Origin: an uncultured archaeon
GTDB lineage: Archaea > Thermoproteota > Nitrososphaeria > Nitrososphaerales > Gagatemarchaeaceae
Assembly: GCA_963799775.1 (NCBI GenBank)
Contig: CAWCYD010000002.1
Location: 256,001-320,000, forward strand
Direction of reading: 5' to 3'
Length of the DNA stretch: 64,000 nt
Part shown: one piece after another, positions 51,077 to 62,623 of the stretch
How positions within the stretch are numbered: the stretch's first letter is position 1
Layout: the number at the start of each line of letters is the position of its first letter
Made by a program: the position numbers and the translations under genes
The notes under the pieces: generated by a model
Databases searched by the model: none
What the model was told of the DNA's origin: nothing
What the model saw: the letters and a program-made list of their open reading frames with translations, nothing else

Positions 51077-51951
51077 CTTGGACTGACTCCTCGGAGCCTC
51101 AGAGCAAGAAGCATGGTGAGCACGACCGCGGATATGAACGCCGCCGACGAGAGCATCGGCACCAGTGCCGAAAGAAGGGTCACGCTGGCGCTCGTCGCTG
51201 GAACAGGGGGCGCCGTGATGTTCAGGGACCCCACGTACGCCGAGTAGGCCACAAGGATTGCAGGGACCACGCCGAACGCCGAGGAAGCCCGTGACCCGCT
51301 CCTGGTCATCGCAAGCGCTAAGACGACGAGCGTCGCGAGGAGAAGGGCGCCCAGCCCCTCGTGAATGAGAAAGGGCGGCGATGATTCCGCGTTCAGAAAG
51401 GCTGGAAGCTCCCGTCCCAAAGGAAGAGAGAAGACGGGGCCCGCGACAAAGAGATTCACATACATCCCGGAGACGAAGACGAGGTAGAAGAGCAGCAGTG
51501 CAGCGTAGCTCAGGAGCAATCGTCCCGCGCCTTCGTCGGCACGCGCTTCACCCCCGAGCGAGAGAACAGAGAGGAAGGTCAGGAACATCCCCGTCCCGAA
51601 CGCGACAGCCATTATCATGCTCTGGACGGACACCGACGCTCCCCCTAGGACGAAGGCTAAACCTGACTCGCCTGCCAAGACCATGGACGCCGAAGCAAGC
51701 AAGCACAACAGCAGGTGGGGCCTCTTCCCATTCGCCCATGCCAGCGCGAGGATGAATACGCTCGTCGCCGCGCTCAATGAGGCGAATATGACGTGGATTT
51801 CGACAGGCGGCGTCGTGAGGATCGAGGAGGCGCTGGTCCCGGGGATGATGATGACGAACCCGTTGACGTAGATCCCTGCCAGCCAAGTCACAGAGAGGAA
51901 GACGAGCTGTAGCCGCGAGGCGTCCGCTATCTTGCGGGCGAGCGATGCCAC
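51073..51951 (-). CDS. Membrane protein with duplicated His-bearing halves
   Basis: GIYVN.F..H and GMYVN.F..H repeated motifs. Confidence 0.65.
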   Translation of the reverse strand: MASLARKIADASRLQLVFLSVTWLAGIYVNGFVIIIPGTSASSILTTPPVEIHVIFASLSAATSVFILALAWANGKRPHLLLCLLASASMVLAGESGLAFVLGGASVSVQSMIMAVAFGTGMFLTFLSVLSLGGEARADEGAGRLLLSYAALLLFYLVFVSGMYVNLFVAGPVFSLPLGRELPAFLNAESSPPFLIHEGLGALLLATLVVLALAMTRSGSRASSAFGVVPAILVAYSAYVGSLNITAPPVPATSASVTLLSALVPMLSSAAFISAVVLTMLLALRLRGVSPS

Positions 51952-52065
51952 GATTGGCCCAGGGCCGCTCCCATGTTATTTAACCGACTCTGGCGTCGGC
52001 GTCAGTAGTGGGACTCCACATCGGCTATAACCGGAAACGGTTCGCGGGCTAGGGGGCGGGTCGTC

Positions 52066-53366
52066 TTGACTAGGTCCAACAAGGAAGAGCGCAGCAGCCG
52101 CTGGTTCTACTCCCAGCTCCCGGTCGAGATCGCCGTCGGGCCGGTGAGCACTCTCATCCAGCTCTACATCCTGGAGCTCCACGGGACCGTCATCGACGTA
52201 GGCCTCGCCATAACCTTGTTCAACGCCGTGAGCATACCCGCGGCTATCATCTGGGGGTACGTGACCGACCGCTTCCAGAGCAGGAAGACTATACTCGTCC
52301 TCTCCTGCGTCGCCATAGCCGCCAACCTGATCCTCCTGCCGCTCGCGACTAGCATTTCAACCGCGGCTCTCGTCTATGCTCTCTTCGCACTCGTCTCGTC
52401 CGCGTCCGCCACGCCGGCGAACCTCCTGATCATGGAGACGAACCGCAAGTCAAGATGGGCGTCAGCTTTCGCTCGCTTCTCGATGATCTCAAGCGTGGGC
52501 GTCACCTTGGGACTTCTCCTCGGCATCGCATGGTCCTCCTATCTCCCCCTCTCGCTCTTCGTCGTCCCCTTGGCGGCGCTCTCAATCGTGTCTGCAATCC
52601 TCTCGGTTGTCATGATCAAGGAGCCACCGATGCCCTTCGAGAGAGAGGTCATCGCTATGCAGAAGCGTAGCTTCCAGCAACGCCTCCTCGCCCTCCCTCT
52701 CCTCTTCCTTCGACTCCCCAACATAGTCGACTTCAAGTCGGTATTCACGGGACTGAGGAACACACTCACCAGCCAGCTGCCTCTCCTCTATCTCTCGGTC
52801 TTCACCTTCTACGTCGCTAGCGGCCTGTTCAACACGTCCTTCATCCCGTCGCTGGGCGCCGCCGGGCTGAGCGCGAACGAGGTCCATCCTCATCACGATG
52901 CTGGCGAACTTTGCGCAGACGGCCTCCTTCTACTTCGCCGGTCCTTATGTCGAGAAGAGGGGTGAGCATGAGGAAAACCGCGGTGGCTGGGCTGCTCATC
53001 CGCCTTGCGTGCTATGGCTCGATAGGCGCCCTAGCCGGATTCACAAGAGGGCTATACTACTTGGTTGGGACTGCCGTATTCTATCCCATCGCCGGCGGTC
53101 TCGCCTTCGCGATATACTACACCTCGTCCAACACGATGATATTCAACACTCTCGGCGCCAAGAACCAAGGATCTAGGCTCGGAGTCTACAGCCTTGTCGT
53201 CGGCGTTGCCACCATGATAGGGTCGTTCATCTCGGGCTACCTCTCTTTCTATCTGGGCTTTCTCGCGACCTTCGTCCTGGCCGCGGGGCTGCTCGCTCTG
53301 AGCGCGACCCTCATCCCTTATGTCTCCGGGAGCCAACAGGAGAACGCAGTCAGTCTGTTCGATTGA
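52066..53366 (+). CDS. MFS transporter (frameshifted)
   Basis: WGYVTDRFQSRK motif A; multi-TM layout. Confidence 0.85.
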
Positions 53367-53396
53367 AGGGAGAGCGAAGGCAGAGTTTGAGAGACG

Positions 53397-53972
53397 TCAA
53401 CCCTGCCTCCATTGCCCTGCCCGACGCCGCCGTGTCCACTGGACGTAGAACCCTGCGAGCGCGAGCACGAGCGAGATGACGAAGGCCACAACGGGAGTGG
53501 CGCCGAAGAAGATCAGAACCCCGTAGAGGATCACTCCCCCAACGATCGCCGTGACGAGCTCCAGGAGCTTGCTCGATATAGCCACACCGATGAAGAAGAG
53601 GATTATTCCGACGACAACAGCGAGCAACTCAGAATGGACTAGGAACCTCGTTGCGAGATAGCCGAAGTATCCAAGCGCCAGACCCATTCCTATGTGGACG
53701 AGGAGAAGCCCGATCAGGCCTCCGAGGACGAACCCGACGACTCCGCCGATTATCGCTCCTATCACTCCCAGGAAGAGGCCTCCTGCAGCCAGCCCAAACG
53801 CGGCTCCGGCGAACCCGACTACGAGGAAAGCGAGCCCCTTGATGATCGAGCGTCCCGCGAACATCAAGGCCACTGAAAGGACGACCAGAATGAGGGCGTA
53901 GAGGGTTCCGCCTATACCCGATAAGAAATGCGGAAAGAAACTGGTCGCGAGCTCCGCCGGTGAGAAGCTCAT
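53397..53972 (-). CDS. Gly-rich membrane protein (DUF4203-like)
   Basis: Several TM helices. Confidence 0.65.
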   Translation of the reverse strand: MSFSPAELATSFFPHFLSGIGGTLYALILVVLSVALMFAGRSIIKGLAFLVVGFAGAAFGLAAGGLFLGVIGAIIGGVVGFVLGGLIGLLLVHIGMGLALGYFGYLATRFLVHSELLAVVVGIILFFIGVAISSKLLELVTAIVGGVILYGVLIFFGATPVVAFVISLVLALAGFYVQWTRRRRAGQWRQG

Positions 53973-54070
53973 GTGGGGCTAGGACCGCACCAGACCGCCT
54001 CGTCAATAAGCCTTGTCAGGTCTAGGTAGGCGATGACGAGAATATTTACCTCCTGACGGACGTCTCGGGC

Positions 54071-54872
54071 TTGCCCTTGAAGCAGGGGTTGACCGACTAT
54101 CCGATTGGCAATGGGCGGGGACAGGTCTACGTCTCCGAACCAAAAGGCCCTCGACCGCTCGGCCAAGTCATCGTTATTCACGAGGTCTGGGGGTTCACCC
54201 CCTTCATCGAATACGTCTGCGGGCGGCTCGCGCAGCAGGGATTCCGCGCCGCGGCTCCCCTCCTTTATTGGAGGGAGAAGGCCCATCTTCTCCCCGGAGA
54301 GGGTCCGCAGAGGCCTCAAGCTCGTTTGGAACCTGAGCCTCAAAGAGAGGTATCAGCCTGGCAAGCTGGAATCGGCCCTCAGCCAGGGCCGCGCTTCACC
54401 CGAGACAGCCAAGATGTTGCGGCTCCTCTACGATAGGCGGTTCAGGGTGGCTATCCTTGACGACGTGCGTCATCTGGCTAGGTCTCTCTCGACCGAGCAC
54501 CCGGGGACAGGTCTGGCGGCAATGGGCTTCTCCATGGGTGGAAAGCTCGCGCTAGAGTTGGCCGCCGCCTTCCCAGAAACGAGAGCCTGCGCCGCCTTCT
54601 CCGCAGCGCCAGTGCGTGGAGCGGCGCTTCGGAAGATCCGTTGCCCCATACTCTTGCTCTACGGGAGCAAGGACACGTTCATGACTGGCGACCTCCCGGA
54701 CTTTTTGCGCGACGCCATGGACTCGGGGAAAGACCTGACCCTGAAGATCCTCCCATCGGCAGGCCATGAGTTCTTCGACAACACCGCCAAGTCTGGATAC
54801 AACGCCCCTGCGTCGAGTGCCGCGTGGTCTGCGTGCCTGAATCTTCTACAGGCAGCATTCTCGAACAGGTGA
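54071..54872 (+). CDS. Dienelactone hydrolase family protein (frameshifted)
   Basis: IHEVWG, GFSMGG, YGSKD, AGHEF. Confidence 0.85.
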
Positions 54873-55059
54873 AAACTGGAACCGCATCGGCTGCTGCGAA
54901 GAGACGACACATGCTGCTTGTGCCAGAGGCAGGGGCTTTTCCGCGGCCCCACCCTCGGGCAACCCTACTTCCTCGATAGCAGAGAGAAGCGAGCGGCCCT
55001 GGATAATAATCAATTTTGGTGCAAGCGTCTAAAAATCGAGCCAAACTCAGCGATTTCGC

Positions 55060-56007
55060 CTACGTCGGCGGCGGGGGGACTATCTCGTCCAGAGCTCTCA
55101 ACACCTCTTCCGGAGGCCTCGCTTCCAGCTGCTTGACGTTTTCTTCCACCTGCTCCGGATTGGAGGCCCCCACTATCATCGATGTGACGGCGGGGTTCTT
55201 CGCGATCCAGCCCAGGGCGACCTGAGACAGCGACATCCTTGCCGACTGCGCGAGGGCCTTGAACCTCTCCAGGACGGCGTAATTCTGATGCTGGTTCATC
55301 CTCCCCCAAAACTTCGGGTAGAGCGCTCCCCTCGTCCTGGTCGGGGCAGGAGCCCCTTCGGAGTACTTCCCTGTCAAGAAGCCGCCGGCCAGGGCGGAAT
55401 AGCTTATGACGCCGAGGCCCTCAGATTGGCAGTAGGGAAGCAGCTCCTTCTCCGCCTCCCGGTTCAGGAGGTTGTAAGGGGGCTGTAGCAGCACTATCCT
55501 CTCCAGCCCCAGCCTGCCGCTCACCTCATTCATCGCGCGGATGTTCTCAACCGTGAAGTTTGAGCACCCGAGGTAGAGCATCTTTCCGTCCCTGATCAAC
55601 TCGTCGAACGTCTTCAGGCTCTCGTCGAGGGGCGTCTCGGGGTCGAACCTGTGCATGTAGTAGATGTCGAGGTGGTCGGTCTGAAGCAGGCGCAGGCTCT
55701 CCTCCAGCTGCCACAAGATGTGCTTCCGGGAGAGGCCCGAGTCGTTCGGGCCTTCACCCACATCGTGCCCCAGCTTCGTCGCGATCACGAACCTGTCCCT
55801 GTCGCCCTTGATCGCCTTGCCGATGATCTCCTCGGACTTCCTCTTCGTGTAGACGTTGGCAGTGTCGATGCTGACCACTCCGAGGTCGATCGCCTTCCTA
55901 ATCACGCGGATGGAGGTCTGCTCGTCGACGTCTCGCCCAAAGTTGTTGGTCCCGAGCGTCATCCTCGACACCTTGAGGCCTGTCTTCCCGACCGACCTGT
56001 ACTCCAA
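55060..56007 (-). CDS. Aldo/keto reductase
   Basis: IDTANVY, IATK, SLRLLQTDHLDIYYMH, YSALAGGFLTGKY. Confidence 0.92.
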   Translation of the reverse strand: MEYRSVGKTGLKVSRMTLGTNNFGRDVDEQTSIRVIRKAIDLGVVSIDTANVYTKRKSEEIIGKAIKGDRDRFVIATKLGHDVGEGPNDSGLSRKHILWQLEESLRLLQTDHLDIYYMHRFDPETPLDESLKTFDELIRDGKMLYLGCSNFTVENIRAMNEVSGRLGLERIVLLQPPYNLLNREAEKELLPYCQSEGLGVISYSALAGGFLTGKYSEGAPAPTRTRGALYPKFWGRMNQHQNYAVLERFKALAQSARMSLSQVALGWIAKNPAVTSMIVGASNPEQVEENVKQLEARPPEEVLRALDEIVPPPPT

Positions 56008-56112
56008 CGGCGTTGCGCCGGCACCGAACGCGGTTGAAATCTCTTTCCGACGCTCCGAAGGGTTCGTGCATCAGAGTGGGCTAAATACCGGGACGGTCGC
56101 GGGTGGCTTCAG

Positions 56113-57054
56113 ATGGATTTCCGGAGCAGGAGGTTCCAGGCAGTGACCGCCGTGGTCGTGGTCGCGCTGATAGCCGGGACCTTCGCCTACTACACGACAA
56201 CTGGTGGAGTCACCTCCACGAGCACTGTAAAGTCGACCCCCTCCACGGAGGTCTCCTTCCCCAGCACATCAGGAGGGTCCTCCGGCACCTCGCAGACCGT
56301 GTCGACCAACTCCCAAAAGACCCTGACGGTTGTCTCCTCAACGACAATCCCTTGCACCTCTGGCGTCGGTGCCGGGGCGACCGGGACCTCGACCACGACG
56401 GCGACGAGCCTTCCAGACTTCATCCCGCTCTTCAGCACCGTCTCGGCGATGACAATGCTCGCCCAGCAGGTGATAGTGGACCAGTACGGGAGGGTCAATT
56501 CCACGACAATCCTGGCTAGCTATCAGGTGACAGGCAGGGTCCCGATGGAGGGGACGAGCGCCTACGTCGTCAAGATGAGCGTGGCCGCGAACCAGACTAG
56601 CTACGCGGTAGTCAATGGGACAAGCAACCAAGGCAACGCCACGGCCTACTTCGACCCTGAAGGGGATCTCCTTCTCTACACGCAGACCAACCTGAACCAG
56701 ACCGGGCCGGCGGCCATCCCTCTGGCAGCGCTCTACTTGGACTGGTTCGACAACGAGCTCATCTCGACGCAACAGCTCGCCAGCTACGCCAATCCGGGTC
56801 TCGACTCGAACTTGAACACGACCGCGGTCAACCTCGGCCCGACGTCGATGAACGTCACCTTTGCCCAACCGAAGGCCATCCCATACAGCGTCACCCAATG
56901 CGGGGGGACGACCATCGTGGAGGACGTCCTCTTCGCCTACGGCGTGGTGCCAGGGACGCAGACGCCGGTGATCACATACTACTACTCTATAGGGACGGAC
57001 GGCGGCGCGAACGAGGACCTTGGGTACGAGTCCTTCTCGATAACTCCCGCTTAG
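56113..57054 (+). CDS. Membrane-anchored Ser/Thr-rich secreted protein
   Basis: N-terminal TM, S/T linker, beta-rich domain. Confidence 0.7.
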   Translation: MDFRSRRFQAVTAVVVVALIAGTFAYYTTTGGVTSTSTVKSTPSTEVSFPSTSGGSSGTSQTVSTNSQKTLTVVSSTTIPCTSGVGAGATGTSTTTATSLPDFIPLFSTVSAMTMLAQQVIVDQYGRVNSTTILASYQVTGRVPMEGTSAYVVKMSVAANQTSYAVVNGTSNQGNATAYFDPEGDLLLYTQTNLNQTGPAAIPLAALYLDWFDNELISTQQLASYANPGLDSNLNTTAVNLGPTSMNVTFAQPKAIPYSVTQCGGTTIVEDVLFAYGVVPGTQTPVITYYYSIGTDGGANEDLGYESFSITPA

Positions 57055-57992
57055 CCTGTCTTCTCACTTTCCTGGCGGGGGATGATGGGGCCGTCCGTCT
57101 TCTCCAAGTCGTCGAAGAGGTTCAGGAGCATCTTCCCGATCGGGGTGACCTCATACATCCTCACGTTCCCGTAAGCGGCCTGTTCCCTCACGAACCCGTA
57201 CTTGTTGAGGATCTGAACATGCCGGTCGACCGTCTTCCAGTCCACACCCAGCTCCTCGGCAAGTTGGAGCCTGTCCTTCGGCGTGCTCAGGGTGTTGAGC
57301 ACCCTAATCCTTGTGGCACCTCCTTTCATCTTCATGAAGAGCTCGAACACGTCCGTGTCGAAGCCCATCTCCATGTAGCGAGACCTGAGCCTGCCGCGCC
57401 ACACCCACGCTCCTCCCAAGAGGATCCATGCCAGAGGAGCGACGAACAGGGACGCAGACTGCACGTCCCTCAGCATGGTCTCTCCGCCGGCCGCGGCCGC
57501 TAGGCCGCCCACGTTCGCGACCTGCGACGTGGCAGTCGTCGTAGAGGCTGCTGCCGTCGTGCTCCCGGCGACAGGTCGAGATTGCGCAGCCGTGCTCGTT
57601 GGCTGGACTGGGGTGGTCGAGGCGGTCACTGTCGAGGTCGTCGTGACGACGCTCGAGACCGTCGTGCGGGCGCCGGCAACCGTGGTAGTGCTCGCCGCTC
57701 CTTGCCCAGCCTCGGCAGTGCTGGAGGGAGTGGTGGTCGCGGTTACTGTGGTCTCGGCATTGGACGACTCCGTCGACGCGCTGGAGACAGTGCTGCTACT
57801 GGCCAGACCCGAGGCGGAGCTCGACTGCTGGGTCGACCCGGTGGGGACCGAGGTCTCGGTCGAGGTCGCGATCGTCGTGGAGGCAGCATATTGGTTGGCC
57901 GAAGGAGACCCGAGCAGACCCCAGACTGCCAGGGAAGACGTGAGGACGGCGATTACCATAAGGGAGGCTAGGATCGGCCCGGTCTTGTTCAA
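57051..57992 (-). CDS. TM - Thr/Ser-rich loop - TM - C-terminal ArsR-like wHTH
   Basis: GGATRIRVL...LQLAEELGVDWKTVDRHVQIL...YEVT. Confidence 0.8.
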   Translation of the reverse strand: MNKTGPILASLMVIAVLTSSLAVWGLLGSPSANQYAASTTIATSTETSVPTGSTQQSSSASGLASSSTVSSASTESSNAETTVTATTTPSSTAEAGQGAASTTTVAGARTTVSSVVTTTSTVTASTTPVQPTSTAAQSRPVAGSTTAAASTTTATSQVANVGGLAAAAGGETMLRDVQSASLFVAPLAWILLGGAWVWRGRLRSRYMEMGFDTDVFELFMKMKGGATRIRVLNTLSTPKDRLQLAEELGVDWKTVDRHVQILNKYGFVREQAAYGNVRMYEVTPIGKMLLNLFDDLEKTDGPIIPRQESEKTG

Positions 57993-58159
57993 GCAACGTT
58001 ACTTGGGCTCAGAGCGGGCCATTTTTCATAAATACTTTTGTCCGAACGACCAGTCCTTTCAGGCGCCCTCACCCCCGTGGCGACCTTTGGAAGGGTAGAG
58101 CTTTCTTCTGTAGGTCTGATGCGGGCCCACTAATATCCCATAGAGGCTTCCTTCACGCT

Positions 58160-59499
58160 TTGTTGGAAGAGCCCGAGGACGAGGATACGGAGTTCGTGGA
58201 GCTCCTCCTCGTGTCGAGGAGGACCCAGAGCGAGACGGATCAGTCCAGCGGAACGCCCCTCGAGGCGACGGGGGCAGGTGGTCGCCCTCCAGCCTTGCCC
58301 AGAGCCAGGGATTCGTGCCCATCCTCTTCGTCGCTACCGTCTTCTTCCTCATGTCTTTCTGGATGCACTTCCCCGGGATGAGCGGGAACGTCTACAGCGA
58401 CCTCATGGACACGCTCTGGCAGCGAATCCTGAACGCTCCGGGCATCGTCCCCTACGTCAGCTACAAGCTCGAGTATCCCGCGGTCTCGGCCATCGTCCTG
58501 TATCTCGCCTCGATTCCCAGGAAAATGCTCGCGTTCTACTTCTCGATGTCTGCCATCCTCTTCGCGAGCATGTCGGGGGCGATCTACGTCGTGTACAAGC
58601 TCCTCAGGGAGAGGGGGGAGAAGGTCCAAGCGATCTCGTACTTCATCGTCCTGACCCCGTGTTTCGTCTACTTCTCGATCTACAGCTTCGACTGGATAGC
58701 GGCCGCCTTCATGGTGGGGTCGATCTACTTCGCCTATCACAAGCGACCCGTTGAGTCCGGTCTCCTCGTTGGTCTCGCGACGGCCGCCCGCGTCATCCCG
58801 ATCATCATACTCCCTTTCCTCCTCCTCGAGATGAAGAGACGCAAGAACAGGACCGCGCTCCTCGGCTCGGCGGCGGCCTCCTGGCTCGCCGTCAACGCCT
58901 ACTTCATCCTATTTGACTTTCAGGGCTTCCTCTACCCCTATCAATTTCAGGCCGGATACTCTGTGGAGGACAGCTGGCTGGGTCTCGCGGGCCCCTACGC
59001 AAGGGAAGCGTCCGTTCTCCTCTTCGGAGCGTTCCTCGTCGTCCTCCTCCTTGAGCGGAAGAGGTTCAACCTCTTCCAGCAGAGCCTCCTGGTGACCCTC
59101 GCTTTCGTGCTGACCAGCTTCAAGTTCCCTCCCCAATACATGATCCTCCTCCTTCCGCTCTTCGCCCTGACGGCCGTGAGCTACGTCGAGTTCATGATCG
59201 CCAACATACTGGATGTCGTCATCCTGCTGTGGTACTTCACGCCGGCATTCAGCCTGGGCGACCCGCTCTTGGTCACCAGCCCTGTCCAGTGGGTGGCGTA
59301 CCTGCGCCAGTTCGTGCTCCTGGTCGTCTTTCTGAAGCTCTTCCTGAGAGGCGGGGTCAGGGTCGTCTCGAAAGGCGAGGGCGATGTCCCTCTTGAGCAG
59401 AGGATTCCCATCCCGGCGCCCGCGTTTGCGGCCTCGGAGCTCGATCCGCCGTCTGACAGCAACGGACTAAAGCTCCCTCGCGGTGCCTCCGAGCGATGA
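58160..59499 (+). CDS. GT-C fold glycosyltransferase (GT87/DUF2029-like); 5' frameshift
   Basis: YSD, LEYP, FDW, R.IP and PQY motifs; polytopic. Confidence 0.75.
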
Positions 59500-59983
59500 A
59501 GAGGCACACCTCCTCGGCAACGGTCCCGACCTGGTGCTGCGGGTACTCGAGCCTGGCGACCTCGCGAGAGGGTTCCTTGAGACCCTGGAAAGCCTGAGCG
59601 ACGTGGAGGGGCTCACACCTAGAGAGGCCCGAAAGATGTATGGCGAGATGCGGAAGACCCCATTCTACCACGTCATCGTGGCCGTAATCGGCAAGGAGGT
59701 CGTCGGGACCACCACCCTCCTTGTCGAGGAGAAGTTCATCCATCACGGAGGTCTTGTCGGGCACATCGAGGACGTGGCCGTGCGCAAGGGGTATGAAGGC
59801 AGAGGAATCGGTGGCTCCGTCGTCAAGGCGGCAGTGGATTTGGCGAGAGAGAAGGGGTGCTACAAGGTTATCCTGGACTGCAAGAGGGACCTCACCGGGT
59901 TCTACGAGAAGCTCGGGTTCAGCGCCCGCGACGTGGGCATGCGCATCGACCTCAAGCCGAGGAAGAGAACGAACGCGCGCTGA
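59483..59983 (+). CDS. GNAT acetyltransferase, glucosamine-6-phosphate N-acetyltransferase (GNA1)-like
   Basis: EEKFIH..GHIEDVAV...GCYKVILDC...FYEKLGF. Confidence 0.85.
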   Translation: MPPSDEEAHLLGNGPDLVLRVLEPGDLARGFLETLESLSDVEGLTPREARKMYGEMRKTPFYHVIVAVIGKEVVGTTTLLVEEKFIHHGGLVGHIEDVAVRKGYEGRGIGGSVVKAAVDLAREKGCYKVILDCKRDLTGFYEKLGFSARDVGMRIDLKPRKRTNAR

Positions 59984-59998
59984 ACCCCTCTCTAAGTT

Positions 59999-60522
59999 CT
60001 AGAGCGAATACCCGCAATTCGCGCACTGGTACCTGATGACCTCCCCCTTGGTCGCCAGCTTCTCCATGAACCCTGACCTGCAGTTCGGGCAGAGCACCTC
60101 TACCGGCTCGGCCTTGTCGTCGTGCAAGAACGCGTTGAGAAGCGGGCTCTGCCCCTTAGTGAGCCGCCTTCGAGCCCAGAGAGCGTCACCCAGCCGAGGA
60201 ACTTCTCACCTTCGAACACTCCGAGCCTCGTGGCCCCCTGCTCCAGGAGCCTGCGCTTCGCCTCTTTTGTCGAGGCGTCGGCGTCGATCTTGAAGAACGG
60301 GGACATCACCTCTTTGACTGTCACCTCTTCCGGCTTTTTGTTTAGGGGAACAAACCTTCGGAGTAGCCTCCGGTCAGTGATCATGCCGACCGCCTTGTCT
60401 CCGTTGAACACCACGACCCCCGACGAGCCTGCGTCGTTCATTATCTTGGACGCCTCTAGGACGCTCGTCGACGCGGAGACCCGGTCGACATTCGTATCCA
60501 TCACGTCTCTAACCTTGGCCAG
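59999..60522 (-). CDS. CBS-pair protein with C-terminal zinc ribbon (frameshifted)
   Basis: VRDVM..GMITDR..VKEVMS; tail CPNC...CANCGY. Confidence 0.8.
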
Positions 60523-60676
60523 CTAGCCCAGTCTCCTAGGCACTCATCGAGGGTCCGGGGAATATTCAACCTTTTCCAAGCGGCAACGTGATATTAACTC
60601 GGTCGTGATAACTGGTCGCCGTCGCCTCTTCTCCAAGTGTCAAGAGAGGCTGGCAGGGCCCCTTGAAGGCCCTTTC

Positions 60677-61589
60677 TCACTTTGTGACCAGGACGGACGA
60701 CGGAGCATAGTGGAGGACGCTGTTGGCCACGCTCCCGAGCAGGAGCTTCTTGAAACCGCCGTTGCCGCGTGTCCCGACGACGATGATGTCTACCCCATCG
60801 TGCTCTGCCAGCTGGACGATTCCCTGCGCCGGGGAGACGAGGTCAGTGACGAGCTCCGGTTTCGCGCCTGCGAGTCCCGACTCCGACGCGAACTTCACGG
60901 CCTTGTCAAGCAGCGCCCTTCCTGCCTCCTCGGCGTCCTCCTCGATCTGCTCAGTCGGGACGGCCGAGCCAGGCACTCCCATGGACCATGCCAGGGTCGG
61001 GACGAAGACCACGTGAGCGATGCGCAGCTCCGCATCCATCCCTTTCGCCATGTCGATTGCTGTCTCGAGGGCGCGTTGCGCGTTGGGCGAGCCGTCGACC
61101 GCGACCAGAATGCTCTTGATCGCTGCCCTCCCGTTCTTTCCGGACCTCACGACGAGAGTCGAGCATGAAGCGTGCTCAGCGACACCGCTCGACACGCTCC
61201 CCAGGACTGCCCTCTTGAATCCTCCAAGGCCTCTCGTCCCCATGATAATCAGGTCCGTCTTCTCCTGGACCGCGTAGTCGACTATCGTCCCGACGACCGA
61301 GGAGCGGTCCTGAGGGACGTCTTTCTCCAAGACCTCGACCCCTGCTTTCTTGAACACATCCGCAGCCTTGTCTACGTTGTCATCCGCGGCATTGACCAGA
61401 CGGGAGTAGTACTCTCCCTCCATCGGTGCCGCCGTCCTGCTTATCGAAGGGATGACACTGATGACCGTGACATCGGATTGGAAGCTCTTGGCGACCTCGG
61501 CCGCGAGCACGGCGGCTTTGCGCGAGCTTGGGGCACCCATCAGTGGCCACCAGGATCTTCGCAAATCGGCCCGGGATTCGCTTCGACAT
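60677..61589 (-). CDS. Tandem universal stress protein (frameshift near 5' end)
   Basis: ILVA.DG and GTRG.GGFK..LGSV each occur twice. Confidence 0.9.
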
Positions 61590-61729
61590 AAGGTCTGCTC
61601 AGCCTGACAGAGCTATTTTAGGTTGAGCCGGACCGATGAGGATATCGAGCGGCGTGCTGACCAAGAGTCAACTCTCTTCGTGCCGCAACCTGAAAAACCA
61701 CATTCGTCATCGCACGAGTGGGTCGTGCC

Positions 61730-62623
61730 ATGGCCGAGTCAGAACTCCATCGCTGCATGAAGGAGAGCGTGTCGCAACGTCTGACGGAAGAGGGGTACCT
61801 CGTCTTCTTCGAGCCGGCTTACGCCCCCTCGCGGTTCCTCAGCTGGGTGTCTTATCGGCCCGACGTCTTCGCGATCAGGGCCAGGGAAGACCTTCAAGAG
61901 TACGCGCTCGTCGAATGCGAGACGAGGCCCTCGCAGAAGAGACTGGCCTCGAAGAACTTTAGGAGTCTGGACATCCAGACAAGGCTCAACTCAAACATGA
62001 CGTTGAGGCGGATTCTCGTGGTCCCTCGGCGGACCTTCGCGAGCGTCGACCCTTCCATCCGTTATTCCTGGGAGGCGTGGATCTACGGGGGCGAGAGTTT
62101 CCAGATCTTTCCCATGGTTGCCCAACCTGAGGCAGGTGCCTTCGATCGTCCCGGCTCTCACAGTCACGAAGACGCACTGAGAACTGCTTTTCTACGTGAC
62201 GCGACCAGTCCGTCCACGTTGAAAGGGACCGACAACCTGGAGACAGTCCGCGCGTTCTTCGACGAGGTGATCAACTCCGGAGACGTCGATAGTATCCCGA
62301 GCTTCGTCAGCAGAGACGCCCTCGTCCCTCAGTCGATACCCGGACCAGAAGGGGTGAGAAGGCTCCTAGGCGAGTTGAGGGGTGCCTTCTCGGATCCCGA
62401 GTTCAAGGCGATGGACACCATATCGGACGGGGAGAAGGTGGCTGTGAGGCTATCGGGGAAGGCGACCCACACGGGGAAGTACCTGGGGCTCCCTCCGAGC
62501 GACAGAGTGCTCAAAATCTGGGGCGTGATGATCTTCAAGTTCGAATCGGGGATGATATCGGAGTTCTGGAGCCTGGTCGACGCACAAGGCATCCTCGCCC
62601 AGCTTCGCTCCCCGCCTCTCTAA
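61730..62623 (+). CDS. PD-(D/E)xK-like domain joined to an ester cyclase (SnoaL-like) domain; possibly two genes
   Basis: H..MK...RPDV...VECET, then AFSD..GTH-like (KATHTG)..ISEFW. Confidence 0.6.
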   Translation: MAESELHRCMKESVSQRLTEEGYLVFFEPAYAPSRFLSWVSYRPDVFAIRAREDLQEYALVECETRPSQKRLASKNFRSLDIQTRLNSNMTLRRILVVPRRTFASVDPSIRYSWEAWIYGGESFQIFPMVAQPEAGAFDRPGSHSHEDALRTAFLRDATSPSTLKGTDNLETVRAFFDEVINSGDVDSIPSFVSRDALVPQSIPGPEGVRRLLGELRGAFSDPEFKAMDTISDGEKVAVRLSGKATHTGKYLGLPPSDRVLKIWGVMIFKFESGMISEFWSLVDAQGILAQLRSPPL

